In this document: in pieces, positions 30,967 to 41,215 of the stretch
Layout: each line of letters opens with the position of its first letter
Position numbering within the stretch: position 1 is the stretch's first letter
Assembly: GCA_963664705.1 (NCBI GenBank)
Contig: OY761556.1
Span: 2,368,001 to 2,432,000, forward strand
DNA from: Acidobacteriota bacterium
Lineage (GTDB): Bacteria > Acidobacteriota > UBA6911
Reading direction: 5' to 3'
Length of the DNA stretch: 64,000 nt
Notes under the pieces: model-generated
Told to the model about the DNA's origin: nothing
The model's input: the letters and a program-made list of their open reading frames with translations, nothing else
Databases searched by the model: none
Translations under genes and position numbers: made by a program

Positions 30967-31449
30967 ATGAATATCAAGGAAGTAAAGGATCTCATCCACG
31001 AAGTTCTCCAAAGCGATATCAGCGAATTCGAACTGGAAAACACGGGCACCAGGATACGATTGAAGCGAGGATTCTCCAGAGAAGCGTCGCTTTCATTCAC
31101 CTCTACACGATCCGGCTCGGACATTCCCACCGTCACCGCTTCCAGCGATGCACGGCCCGCACCCATCACGCACACGGAAAGCCCGGAGGATTCCGGAGAC
31201 AGCGCTCTGCACATCATTACATCTCCTATCGTGGGCACGGTATACTGCTCGTCGGCTCCAGGAAGCGATCCTTTTGTCAAGCTGGGCGATCAGGTGAAGG
31301 AAAATACGGTTCTCTGCATCGTAGAAGCCATGAAGCTGATGAATGAAATCCCCTCCGACGTTGCGGGGGAGATTGTGCGCGTCTATATCGAGAATGGTAC
31401 CCCGGTTGAGTTCGGGCAAAAGCTCTTTGCAATCCGTCCCTCCAGATAA
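30967..31449 (+). CDS. accB: biotin carboxyl carrier protein (start probably ATG 30967)
   Basis: SPIVGT, EAMKLMNEI biotinylation motif. Confidence 0.93.
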   Translation: MNIKEVKDLIHEVLQSDISEFELENTGTRIRLKRGFSREASLSFTSTRSGSDIPTVTASSDARPAPITHTESPEDSGDSALHIITSPIVGTVYCSSAPGSDPFVKLGDQVKENTVLCIVEAMKLMNEIPSDVAGEIVRVYIENGTPVEFGQKLFAIRPSR

Positions 31450-31464
31450 GGCTGGTTCGCAGCG

Positions 31465-32805
31465 ATGTTCCGAAAAATCCTGATAGCAAACAGAGGCGAA
31501 ATTGCACTGCGCATCATTTGCGCCTGCAAGGAACTTGGTATCTCGACAGTTGCCGTCTACTCTCAACCCGATCAGCATTCGCTTCATGTTCGTTTCGCGG
31601 ATGAAGCCGTATGCATCGGGCCCGCTTCAAGCAGCGACAGCTATCTGAATATTCCCGCTGTCATCAGTGCCGCGGAGATCACCAACGCCGACGCCATCCA
31701 CCCTGGATATGGATTCCTTGCGGAAAGCGCCTACTTTGCGGAAGTGTGCGAAGCCTGCGGCATTACTTTCATCGGCCCATCGCCCGAAGTGATACGAATG
31801 ATGGGAGATAAGGACGCTGCCCGGAAGGCAATGAAAGAGGCTGGACTGCCGGTCGTCCCCGGAACCGACAAAATCCAGGGAGCTTCTCCCGAGATACTCG
31901 CGATTGCCCGCAAAATCGGTTTCCCCGTTATTGTAAAAGCAGCGGCGGGGGGCGGCGGCAAGGGAATGCGCATTGTAAATTCCGAAGAGGAGCTGGCGGG
32001 AGCTCTTGAAGTCGCCCAGAATGAAGCGCAGGCCGCCTTTGGCTCTGGAGACGTCTATTTCGAAAAATACATTCCGGTCGCCCACCATATCGAGTTTCAG
32101 ATCCTTGCCGACCATGAAGGGAATGTCGTACATCTGGGCGAGAGAGAGTGCTCCATTCAGCGCAGGTATCAAAAGCTGATTGAAGAATCCCCTTCCCCCT
32201 TTATCACCCCTGAACTCAGACATGAGATCGGCGAACTGGCGGTAAGAGCTGCCCGGAGCGTGAATTATTCAAACGCCGGCACGATGGAGTTCATCGTGGA
32301 TGATCAACGCCGCTATTACTTCATGGAGATGAACACACGCATTCAGGTGGAACACCCGGTTACCGAAATGGTGACCGGCTTTGACATGGTAAAGGAACAG
32401 ATCCGTATCGCAAGCCGCGCAAAACTGGGGTATACGCAGAAGGACATTCAATTCCGCGGTAATGCCATTGAATGCAGAATCAACGCAGAGCGTCCCGACA
32501 CGTTTCTTCCCTGCCCTGGCACCCTCAAGACTTTCCATCAGCCGGCCGGCATTGGAATTCGCGTGGATACTGCCGCCTACAATGAGTATGTCATCACTCC
32601 TTATTACGACTCTCTGATCGCAAAAATCATTGCCTACGGAAAAAACCGCACCGAGGCAATTGGCCGCATGAAACGGGCTTTGGAAATGACCGTGATCGAG
32701 GGAGTCGAAACCACGATCCCGCTGCATCAGAAGATACTGATTCATGACGATTTCGTGGCGGGGCACATTCATACGCGGTTTCTTGATCAAATCCTTCACA
32801 AGTAG
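31465..32805 (+). CDS. accC: biotin carboxylase
   Basis: [36 protein letters not shown]. Confidence 0.96.
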   Translation: MFRKILIANRGEIALRIICACKELGISTVAVYSQPDQHSLHVRFADEAVCIGPASSSDSYLNIPAVISAAEITNADAIHPGYGFLAESAYFAEVCEACGITFIGPSPEVIRMMGDKDAARKAMKEAGLPVVPGTDKIQGASPEILAIARKIGFPVIVKAAAGGGGKGMRIVNSEEELAGALEVAQNEAQAAFGSGDVYFEKYIPVAHHIEFQILADHEGNVVHLGERECSIQRRYQKLIEESPSPFITPELRHEIGELAVRAARSVNYSNAGTMEFIVDDQRRYYFMEMNTRIQVEHPVTEMVTGFDMVKEQIRIASRAKLGYTQKDIQFRGNAIECRINAERPDTFLPCPGTLKTFHQPAGIGIRVDTAAYNEYVITPYYDSLIAKIIAYGKNRTEAIGRMKRALEMTVIEGVETTIPLHQKILIHDDFVAGHIHTRFLDQILHK

Positions 32806-32849
32806 CCGCCGGCTCGGGCTTTGAAACCCAGGGCTGAAACCTTTTGCCT

Positions 32850-33479
32850 ATGAAACTGACGCTTCCCCCGATATACCCAATTACCGACAAAAAGCTGGCG
32901 CACCAAGACACGCACTTCGCTATTCTCAAAGAACTCGTTCGTGGAGGAGCACGGCTGGTGCAGATTCGCGACAAGATCACGCCGGCCCATTTGCTTTTAC
33001 GCGATCTGCTGCGCTGTGTCGAATTCGCGCGACAAAAAAAGGTGACACTGATTGTGAATGATCGCTGTGACCTCGTCCTCAGCTGTCACGCTATGGGGGT
33101 TCATTTGGGTCAGGAAGACATCCCGCCGGCCGCAGCAAGGGCAATTCTGGAGAGCAGACAGATCATCGGTTTTTCAACCCATTCCCTGGCACAGGTACGA
33201 GAAGCCGCCGGCATGCCGATTCAATATATCGGCTACGGGCCTGTCTATAATACATCCACCAAGGTAAATGCCTCGCCGACTGTCGGACTCAGGCGACTGC
33301 GAAAAGTATGCCGGATATCGCCGGTGCCGGTTGTCGCAATCGGAGGCATAGGGATCGATGAGGTTCGACCTGTGCTTGACGCGGGAGCCGCGAGCGCCGC
33401 CGTTATTTCTGCGCTGATGACCGCAAAGGATCTAGCGCACCAGATGGAGCGTTTTCTGAAAGAAGCCACGGCGAAATGA
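32850..33479 (+). CDS. thiE: thiamine phosphate synthase
   Basis: QIRDK, IVNDR, GVHLGQED, GFSTH, VAIGGI. Confidence 0.9.
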   Translation: MKLTLPPIYPITDKKLAHQDTHFAILKELVRGGARLVQIRDKITPAHLLLRDLLRCVEFARQKKVTLIVNDRCDLVLSCHAMGVHLGQEDIPPAAARAILESRQIIGFSTHSLAQVREAAGMPIQYIGYGPVYNTSTKVNASPTVGLRRLRKVCRISPVPVVAIGGIGIDEVRPVLDAGAASAAVISALMTAKDLAHQMERFLKEATAK

Positions 33480-34593
33480 TCGATCTTGAATAGGAAGGAT
33501 AGGTCTCGAGCACAATATCGGTACCGGCGAAGAACGATCGGTTGAGCTTAAACCGCGGAGATTCGGCAATAACGTCATACCCGCTCCCACCCACGGCCGG
33601 AACGGCATCCTTGCCCCCCAACACCATCGGCGCCACCAGGAAATAGAACTTGTCGACCCTGCCCTCGGACAGGAAAGACCAGTGAACCAGGCTTCCCCCT
33701 TCGACGAGCACGCTGAGGACATCTCGTTTGCCCAGCTCTCGCAGGATAGAATGCAAGTCCAAATTATCACCGGATGCGGCGGTGGGCAGAATTTCCGCAC
33801 CCTTCATTTCGAGTTCCGCCTTCCTGGCCGCCGGAGCATCGGGCGCGCAGAAAATCAGCACGGGATAGCGATCGGCCATTTGAAGGAGGCGCGCGTCCGA
33901 TGGCGTCCGGAGATGGGTATCCAGGATGATACGCATTAGTGGCCGTGCCTTGGGATATTTCCCTCTATAGGTCAATTCCGGATCATCGGCAAGAATTGTA
34001 CCCACGCCGACCAAAAGAGCATCCGCATGCCATCGGAGCTTCTGTCCGAATTCCATGCCTTCTATGGAGGAAATATTGCGGTCCATCCGCGAGGCGGTTC
34101 CGATTTTGCCATCCAGGGACATTCCCACCTTCGAAACTACAAGAGGAAGGCCCGTGGTAATGCGGCACGCGAATGCTTCGATAATTCTGCCGGCTTCTTC
34201 AGCCATCAACCCAACATCAACCTGAATCCCGGCAGAACGCAGGCGATCAATACCCTGTCCAGAAACCCTGGGATTCGGATCTATCCGCGCAACCACTACA
34301 CGCGTTATTCCAGCCTCAATCAATCGGTCGGCACAAGGCGGAGTTCGCCCCTGATGGGAACAGGGTTCCAGCGTTACGTACGCGGTGGCGTCCCTCGCTT
34401 GGCCAGCCGATTCTCTCAGCGCGTGCACCTCGGCATGGTCCAGAAGGGCATACTCATGATATCCCTTCCCAATCATCTTCCCCGCTTTGACCACGACACA
34501 GCCGACGCTTGGATTGGGGCTAGCCGCCCCCATCCCTTTCTCGGCAAGAGCCAGGGCTCTTTTCATATATCTGCGATCCTGTGCATCAAACAT
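33403..34593 (-). CDS. ribD: bifunctional riboflavin deaminase/reductase (start revised to ATG 34593)
   Basis: HAE, TLEPCSHQGRTPPC, SLDGKI, VEGG. Confidence 0.95.
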   Translation of the reverse strand: MFDAQDRRYMKRALALAEKGMGAASPNPSVGCVVVKAGKMIGKGYHEYALLDHAEVHALRESAGQARDATAYVTLEPCSHQGRTPPCADRLIEAGITRVVVARIDPNPRVSGQGIDRLRSAGIQVDVGLMAEEAGRIIEAFACRITTGLPLVVSKVGMSLDGKIGTASRMDRNISSIEGMEFGQKLRWHADALLVGVGTILADDPELTYRGKYPKARPLMRIILDTHLRTPSDARLLQMADRYPVLIFCAPDAPAARKAELEMKGAEILPTAASGDNLDLHSILRELGKRDVLSVLVEGGSLVHWSFLSEGRVDKFYFLVAPMVLGGKDAVPAVGGSGYDVIAESPRFKLNRSFFAGTDIVLETYPSYSRSIISPWLLSENAPSGALDPLRSSAQK

Positions 34594-34618
34594 GATCACC
34601 TTGCCTGAAACAAAGATC

Positions 34619-35920
34619 CTATTTATCCTGCGGAGACTCCGATTTCGATTTTTCCGTATCCTCCGGCAGCTGAATGCGGATCCAATGCACCCGCTTACGG
34701 TCGGAATCCAAAATCCGAACACTCATCCCGGCCAGATCAAAAACCTCCCCAGGCGCGGGAACTCGCCCAAGGTATGCCATGACAAGTCCGGCCACGGTCG
34801 AGCTGTTTAAATCGTCAAACTCCCGGCCCGCCAGTTCTTCAAGGCGCGCCAATTCCGTACTGCCTCGAACAACAAATGTCCGTGGACCTTCCTCGATAAT
34901 CTTATTGACCTTGGCTTCATCCTCGTCGCGAATCTCGCCGACAATTTCCTCAACCAGATCCTCAATGGTAACCAGCCCGGCGACTCCACCATACTCGTCA
35001 ATAACAATTGCCGTGTGATCACCCCGCTCCTGCAGTTCCTTCAGGAGCTTGGATACGGGTTTTGTCTCCGGTACGAACAATACGGGGTTGATAAGGCTTG
35101 TGATAGGATCGGATTCTCTCCCTTTGACATACGCAGAGAGAAGCTGCCGGATATAAACAATTCCAATAATATGGTCAATGTCGCCCCGGTAGATTGGGAT
35201 TCTCGAATGGCGATACTGGACCATGGTTTCCCGCAGATCTCCAACCGTTGCCGTTTCCAAACAGCCAATGATCTTGGTTCGCGGCGTCATGACTCGGCCC
35301 ACAAGTGTGTTCCCGAACTCGACAACGGACTGAATAAGCTTGCTGTCCTCCTCCTGGAGAATGCCCTCATCCTCCCCGATTTCCAGGTAAGCCTGGATTT
35401 CCTCCCCGGTTGTCTCTTCATTCTCCTGTTCACGGCCATTCTCCACCTCTTCCTGCAATTTTCTATATAGGTTGAGAATACGCGACATGGGCGAAGCAAC
35501 AAACCGAAGGATCCCGTAGATGGGGCCAACAAGGCGCAAAAGCTGCACCAGTTTTTTTTCCGATTCGTTTTGAGTAAGCAGGCGGGGAAGCAGTTGTCGG
35601 AAAAGGACCGAAACCAGAATAATGAATGCAAAAGAAACAGCAAGGCCGAGCCGGTCCCAGGTCATCAGGCTCAGATGCGTCACCAGGATGGCGATGCTGA
35701 TCACGGAAAGCTGAATCCCGAAATGCAGCGGTACAAGGATCTGCATTCGATCCTCAAGTACGGCTGTGAAAAGGTCCGAATCAGGAGCATCCGGGGGTTC
35801 CGCGATGGTGCGCAACACAACCGGACTCGATTGCGCAATGGCGCTCTCGACAAGAGAAAGCAGGAACAGCAATATCAAAAAAATGGCAATAAAAGCCAAC
35901 TCGATATCGAAACCGGTCAT
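34619..35920 (-). CDS. CNNM/hemolysin-family CBS-CorC membrane protein
   Basis: N-terminal TMs, VMTPR, HSRIP, VIDEYGGVAGLVTIEDLVEEIVGEIRDE. Confidence 0.92.
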   Translation of the reverse strand: MTGFDIELAFIAIFLILLFLLSLVESAIAQSSPVVLRTIAEPPDAPDSDLFTAVLEDRMQILVPLHFGIQLSVISIAILVTHLSLMTWDRLGLAVSFAFIILVSVLFRQLLPRLLTQNESEKKLVQLLRLVGPIYGILRFVASPMSRILNLYRKLQEEVENGREQENEETTGEEIQAYLEIGEDEGILQEEDSKLIQSVVEFGNTLVGRVMTPRTKIIGCLETATVGDLRETMVQYRHSRIPIYRGDIDHIIGIVYIRQLLSAYVKGRESDPITSLINPVLFVPETKPVSKLLKELQERGDHTAIVIDEYGGVAGLVTIEDLVEEIVGEIRDEDEAKVNKIIEEGPRTFVVRGSTELARLEELAGREFDDLNSSTVAGLVMAYLGRVPAPGEVFDLAGMSVRILDSDRKRVHWIRIQLPEDTEKSKSESPQDK

Positions 35921-36420
35921 TCCTTTACTTTCAGTTGCGTCAGCAGGGGTGGGTCATCAAAGAACTTGCGACGCATCAGCTTTGCCTGCATCCGGTTCAT
36001 CTGCCCCCTGTCGGTTTCGTGGTCATACCCCATCAGGTGCAGCGTTCCATGCACGAGAAGCTTCCGAAGCTCTTTTTCAGGCTTCACGCCATATTTAACA
36101 GCCTGGTCAGCGGCAATCTCCGGAGCGATAACCACTTCCCCGATGAAGGACATTCCCTCCATGTTCACGCCCCTATAGGCGAAGCTTAACACGTCGGTGG
36201 CATAGTCCTTTCCCCGGTATTTGTGATTGATCGCCCTCATTTCACGCGCGCCGAGAAAGACCACGGAGACTGCGCGGTCGGGCATATCGAGAGTCCGGAG
36301 CAGCTCCGTGCAAAACAATGCGACTGCCCTCCGATCAATTCTATACTGTCGTTGCCGGTTCAGAACCGGAATTCTTCGCAGCAGGTCCTTTGGAATCTTC
36401 GTTCGTGCTTTTAAAGTCAT
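35917..36420 (-). CDS. ybeY: rRNA maturation endoribonuclease YbeY (start uncertain)
   Basis: YRGKDYATDVLSF, HGTLHLMGYDH. Confidence 0.9.
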   Translation of the reverse strand: MTLKARTKIPKDLLRRIPVLNRQRQYRIDRRAVALFCTELLRTLDMPDRAVSVVFLGAREMRAINHKYRGKDYATDVLSFAYRGVNMEGMSFIGEVVIAPEIAADQAVKYGVKPEKELRKLLVHGTLHLMGYDHETDRGQMNRMQAKLMRRKFFDDPPLLTQLKVKE

Positions 36421-38689
36421 ATCCTGGATAATCAATGCGGTGGTGGAAAATCCCCGTTACTATTTTGACAAAGCTCTCTTTTACAAGCCTGACATCACGA
36501 AGCGTAATATCGCATTCATCAAGCTGGTTGTCCCCTACAATATCGTCAACCAACCGATCGATCATACCCTGAATTTGGGCGGCAGTGGGCTGGGACAAAG
36601 TTCTGGATGCGGCTTCGACCGAATCTGCCATCATCACAATCGCGGCCTCCCGGCTCTGCGGTTTCGGTCCGGGATACCGGAATTCCGATTCTACCGTTTC
36701 CTGAGCATTGCCGTTCGCCGCTTCCCTGGCCTTCTGAAAAAAATATGTCATCATACGCGTCCCGTGGTGCTGCGGGATCACATCGCTGATTCGCTGTGGC
36801 AATCCAATTTCCTTCGCCAGCTGCAGCCCATCCTTTACGTGGCTCGAGATAATCTCGCAACTCGTGTTGGGCGAAAGATCTTCGTGCTTATTTCCTCCAT
36901 ACGCCTGGTTTTCAACAAAGTACTCCGGCTTCAGCAGCTTTCCAACATCGTGATAATAGGCAGCAACGCGGGCAAGCAGTGAATTGGCGCCTATTGATTC
37001 CGCCGCCACCTCTGCCAGCGTCGCCACCATCAGGCTGTGGTGATAGGTGCCGGGAGCCTCGACCGAAAGCCTTCGCAGCACCGGGGCATTCAGATTGGAT
37101 AATTCCAGCAGTCTGATGTCCGTGACTATTTTAAAGATGGATTCTAGTGCCGGCAGAAGCATGGATGCCAGCGCCGCCGCAAGCATCCCGCTGACCAGCG
37201 CCAATACGATGCGGTCCAGGACGCTTGCTACCGTTAATGATGACTGACGCAGGATAGCCAATCCGCACAGGCAAAGGATATTCACAACGCCGATTGTGAG
37301 GCCCGCCTTGAGAATGGCGGCACGGTCCCGGTATTGCCGTATGCCATAGATGCCGGCCAGACTTCCAATGATCAGATAGGCTGCGAGATCGATATTGCCG
37401 TAATACAAGCCTGTGAGAATGGAGAGTACAACCGAGGTTGCAATCCCAATATTTACGTCAATCAGCAGCGTGGCTAGAAGCGCACCAAAAGCCAGGGGAA
37501 TGCCGTAATACAGGATAGACGGATCGTGAAACCGCTGGAATCTCTCCCCGAGAATATCCGCAAGAGCGGTCGCGATCCGAAGGGTCAGCAACTCGCAACC
37601 GATAATCACAAGCGCCAGAGTCATGCGATTCCTGGCTTTGCGATGGCCGGACTGGTTAAAGATAAGGTAGCGCCAGAGAGAATCGACAAAAATGCCGCAC
37701 AAGAGAAAATAGCCTGCAAACTGCCAGATCAGCGAACGCGGCCGCTGCAACTTTTTCAGAGCCTCCAGTTGCAGCAGTACGTTTGGAGATACCTGCTCTC
37801 CGCTGCGAATGATTGTCTGCCCTTGCCGGATCTGTAATTCTACCGGTTGAACGCGCAGGGCCGCCTGAGCGCGACGGTTCTCGGTTTCCGATCGATCATA
37901 AACCAATGTGGGCAGTAGCGAACTCTCAAGAAACTGAATGATGAGGTCCCGCTCCCTGGGCGCAAGATCGGAAAAATCGGAACGGAACTGGCGCAGATAC
38001 TCGCGTGCAGAACCCAGATCCCTTGCGGCATAGGCGTCAGTAAGAGGGTGTTCAAATGGAAATGCCCCATCCCGAATGACAATGCCGGCTCGCTGGTCCT
38101 TGAGGAATTTTGCGCGATCCCCAATGACGCCATCCCGCAAAACGCTGTCCAAAATTTTCAGCATTCTGCTTTCGATGGCAGCACCAAACTTCTGCCGCAG
38201 CAGGACGGCAACCAGTGAATCCGGGAAAACCCGGCCGATTTGGGAAGATAGTTTTTTCTGTAGGTCCCGTTCTTCTGCGAGGGCCGGCGTGGATTTTGCG
38301 GCAGCTATCTGCTGGTTAACTATGTCACGAGCGCGGGCAAACGCTGCGGCGATGGTTTTTTCCTGGTCCGCAATATGGTCGGCATCAAGTCTGTAGACCG
38401 AAGCAACCCCAGCCTCCGCTTCCGCGCGTCGCAGGGCTGTGGCTCCGATATCTTCGTAAGCAATATCCTGAAGGGCACGGACATCCGTGTCGGCGATCTG
38501 CCCGAGCTTGTAATCCGGTATGAATTCGTAACGGAATCCAATAAGGATGCCGGAGAAAACCGCGACGGCACAAAGGCCGACGAGGGCATCCGACCATGTG
38601 AGCCCGCTGCGAAGGTTATCCAGCAGCTTCCAATACCAGCGCTGCGGGGGCCCTTCCCACCATCTCCCAAATCTTGCGAAGGTAGTCAT
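36341..38689 (-). CDS. 7TM-HD phosphohydrolase (PgpH-like)
   Basis: Large extracytoplasmic domain, TM bundle, APGTYHHS, YYHDVGK, YFVENQ, HHGT, ADSVEAA. Confidence 0.92.
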   Translation of the reverse strand: MTTFARFGRWWEGPPQRWYWKLLDNLRSGLTWSDALVGLCAVAVFSGILIGFRYEFIPDYKLGQIADTDVRALQDIAYEDIGATALRRAEAEAGVASVYRLDADHIADQEKTIAAAFARARDIVNQQIAAAKSTPALAEERDLQKKLSSQIGRVFPDSLVAVLLRQKFGAAIESRMLKILDSVLRDGVIGDRAKFLKDQRAGIVIRDGAFPFEHPLTDAYAARDLGSAREYLRQFRSDFSDLAPRERDLIIQFLESSLLPTLVYDRSETENRRAQAALRVQPVELQIRQGQTIIRSGEQVSPNVLLQLEALKKLQRPRSLIWQFAGYFLLCGIFVDSLWRYLIFNQSGHRKARNRMTLALVIIGCELLTLRIATALADILGERFQRFHDPSILYYGIPLAFGALLATLLIDVNIGIATSVVLSILTGLYYGNIDLAAYLIIGSLAGIYGIRQYRDRAAILKAGLTIGVVNILCLCGLAILRQSSLTVASVLDRIVLALVSGMLAAALASMLLPALESIFKIVTDIRLLELSNLNAPVLRRLSVEAPGTYHHSLMVATLAEVAAESIGANSLLARVAAYYHDVGKLLKPEYFVENQAYGGNKHEDLSPNTSCEIISSHVKDGLQLAKEIGLPQRISDVIPQHHGTRMMTYFFQKAREAANGNAQETVESEFRYPGPKPQSREAAIVMMADSVEAASRTLSQPTAAQIQGMIDRLVDDIVGDNQLDECDITLRDVRLVKESFVKIVTGIFHHRIDYPGYDFKSTNEDSKGPAAKNSGSEPATTV

Positions 38690-38745
38690 TTTAGGTCATC
38701 ACAGACCCTGTAAAAACGACGATCGATCCGGGAATCGACCTAAAG

Positions 38746-38788
38746 GCAGAATCGGCGCTGAATCCAAATGATTCAGCGCCGATTCTGC
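38746..38788. repeat. perfect 19-bp inverted repeat between etfA and the HD gene
   Basis: GCAGAATCGGCGCTGAATC-CAAAT-GATTCAGCGCCGATTCTGC. Confidence 0.85.
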
Positions 38789-38857
38789 ATTCCCATACCA
38801 GGAATTATCCTCAATACACGGGAGACAGGCCCCGCCTATTGCAAGGGCAATTCCCTG

Positions 38858-39838
38858 TTAAGATTTGAGCTTCTTGACCGCTTCTGTCAGCGCCGGCACG
38901 ACGGCAAACAAATCTCCCACGATACCGTAATCGGCAACGTTAAAGATCGGAGCTTCCGGGTCTTTGTTGATGGCAACGATGTACTTTGACGAGGACATTC
39001 CCGCCAGATGCTGGATTGCTCCGCTGATCCCGCAGGCAATGTACATCGTGGGCGAAACGGTTTTCCCGGTCTGCCCGACCTGGTGATGATGGTCAATCCA
39101 GCCAGCATCGACCGCGGCGCGCGAAGCACCCAGAGCTCCTCCGAGGGCATCCGCCAGAGCTTCAATCATGGGGAAGTTCTCGGGCCCTTTGACTCCCCTT
39201 CCACCGGAAACAATGATATTCGCCTCCGTGAGCTCGACCTTTTGTCCGGCTGATACCTGGACTTCCTTGACGGAAGCATGGATCTGGTCGGCACTCAATT
39301 CCGGCGTGAAGGCTTCGGTTTCGGCGTTGCGCCCGGAATCGGGGGCGCCCAGGGAAAATACATTCGGCCGAAGCGTCGCCATAGCCGGGCTCATGAGAAG
39401 CTTCACCCGTGCATAGGCCTTCCCTGCAAACATCGGACGGACGCATTCAAGCTGGTTCCCCTCGACGATATGGGCTTCAACGCAATCCTGCGCCAACCCC
39501 ACGCCAAGTCTTGCCGCCACTCTGGGCAGAAGATCCCGGCCCATCGCGCTTGCAGATCCCAGCAGGAACCGCGGCTGAACCTTTTGAACCGCCTGTACCA
39601 CAGCTGCGCAATAGCCTTCGGTCGAATATGCCTTCAGCAGGTCATGTTGCACGTTGATAATTTTATCGGCACCGTAGTGAGCCAGGTTGGCAGAAGGTTC
39701 CCCGCCTGCCAGGCGCAAGGCAACAACAGTTTCCTTCAATGTGTCGGCCAGTTTCCGAGCAGCGAACAAGGCTTCCAGCGACGTTTTTTTGATTTTCCCG
39801 TCGCGTTCTTCCATGAAGACCAGGATTCCCTGAGTCAT
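38858..39838 (-). CDS. etfA: electron transfer flavoprotein alpha subunit
   Basis: [37 protein letters not shown]. Confidence 0.95.
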   Translation of the reverse strand: MTQGILVFMEERDGKIKKTSLEALFAARKLADTLKETVVALRLAGGEPSANLAHYGADKIINVQHDLLKAYSTEGYCAAVVQAVQKVQPRFLLGSASAMGRDLLPRVAARLGVGLAQDCVEAHIVEGNQLECVRPMFAGKAYARVKLLMSPAMATLRPNVFSLGAPDSGRNAETEAFTPELSADQIHASVKEVQVSAGQKVELTEANIIVSGGRGVKGPENFPMIEALADALGGALGASRAAVDAGWIDHHHQVGQTGKTVSPTMYIACGISGAIQHLAGMSSSKYIVAINKDPEAPIFNVADYGIVGDLFAVVPALTEAVKKLKS

Positions 39839-39887
39839 CTCCCCTCCTTAAACATTCATGGCATAAATGAATGACGTCATAGCAGAC

Positions 39888-40664
39888 CTAGATGATTTTC
39901 GCCTCTTCATGAAGCAGCTTCACCAGCTGAGGCACGACTTCCGCAACATCTCCCTTGAGTATCTTGCCGGGCGGGCGAGATGGCGGCAGCGTCATCAGTT
40001 CAACGGAAACGCGAGGCTTCAGATCATCGGCAGTTAGTCCAAGTGCATCCACGGCCTGAATCGCGATCTGTTTTTTCTTGGCAGCCATAATCCCCTTCAA
40101 AGAGGCATAGCGGGGAACGTTTAATCCTTTCTGCGCGGTAATGACGGCAGGCAGGCTTCCCTCGATGATCTCCTGGGCGCCTTCGATGTCTCTCTCTGCG
40201 CGGAAAGTCTTATCATTGATCTCCAACTTCGCAACAACGGACGCCTGGGGAAAGCCGAGCTGCTCAGCCACGACCGATGGGACCTGCCCATTGTCGACGC
40301 CGATAGCATGCTTGCCGAACAGGATCAGGTCAGGGCCGAGATTGCGGCAGACTCGGGCCAGCACCGTACCCAGCACAAATGAATCGGCTTTATCCAGAGA
40401 AGCATCCTGAACCAGGATGGCACTGTCGGCACCCATAGCCAGGCATGTTCTGAGACCAGCAGTAGCCTGGTCGGATCCGGCTCCGACTACGACCACCTCT
40501 CCGCCAAGCTTTTCCTTAATCTTGAGCGCTTCTTCCACGGCGAATTCGTCGTAGGGGTTAACTACGAATGAAACGTCGGCAAGATCGATTTCCTTACCAC
40601 TGGAGGCGATCTTGATCTTGGTCGCTGTATCCGGAACAAACTTGACGCAAACGACTATCTTCAT
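39888..40664 (-). CDS. etfB: electron transfer flavoprotein beta subunit
   Basis: VCVKFVPD, NPYDEFAVEEA, PRYASLKGIMAAKKK. Confidence 0.95.
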   Translation of the reverse strand: MKIVVCVKFVPDTATKIKIASSGKEIDLADVSFVVNPYDEFAVEEALKIKEKLGGEVVVVGAGSDQATAGLRTCLAMGADSAILVQDASLDKADSFVLGTVLARVCRNLGPDLILFGKHAIGVDNGQVPSVVAEQLGFPQASVVAKLEINDKTFRAERDIEGAQEIIEGSLPAVITAQKGLNVPRYASLKGIMAAKKKQIAIQAVDALGLTADDLKPRVSVELMTLPPSRPPGKILKGDVAEVVPQLVKLLHEEAKII

Positions 40665-40772
40665 GATTAGTTCTCCGTTCTCTGCGAATTCAAGTCCACA
40701 GGCGCCGACACGCTATTCAATACGAATCCAACGCCAATTGCAAAGATATGCCGTTTCACTGTCCGGCTCGCA

Positions 40773-41012
40773 CTAATTTACATGAGCCTCTACATACTCT
40801 ATGGCGTTCTGCACCGTTTTGATCTTTTCAGCATCTTCATCGGGAATCTCGATGCCAAAGGCTTCTTCAAATGCCATCACCAACTCAATAGTGTCCAGGG
40901 AGTCCGCACCCAAGTCGTCCACAAACGACGCACCACCCGTCACTTCAGCCTCGTTGACACCCAACTGATCCACGATGATTGACTTGACCTTTTCTTCTAC
41001 CGATGCTGCCAT
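40773..41012 (-). CDS. acpP: acyl carrier protein (start revised to ATG 41012)
   Basis: [18 protein letters not shown]; AGGAGG RBS. Confidence 0.96.
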   Translation of the reverse strand: MAASVEEKVKSIIVDQLGVNEAEVTGGASFVDDLGADSLDTIELVMAFEEAFGIEIPDEDAEKIKTVQNAIEYVEAHVN

Positions 41013-41215
41013 TCCTATTCCTCCTGTTTCGTTTTGGCCACCAGTGAGCCCTAAAGCTGCGGCGCACATTGTAGCACCCCAAAATACGGAAGCAAGCGCT
41101 TCATGTTCAGTTTTTATCATCCGGGAATTCATGAAACCCGTGGCAAAAGCTCCAGACTGCCAGAAATTACATGAAGGATGTACGTGAGTGAATAGAACTA
41201 TGGATTAGAGGCAGA

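Noticed and set aside
40739-40753. sigma54-like element upstream of etfB (CGGCATATCTTTGCA, minus strand)
   Set aside because: GG-to-GC spacing is 9 nt, not the obligatory 10.
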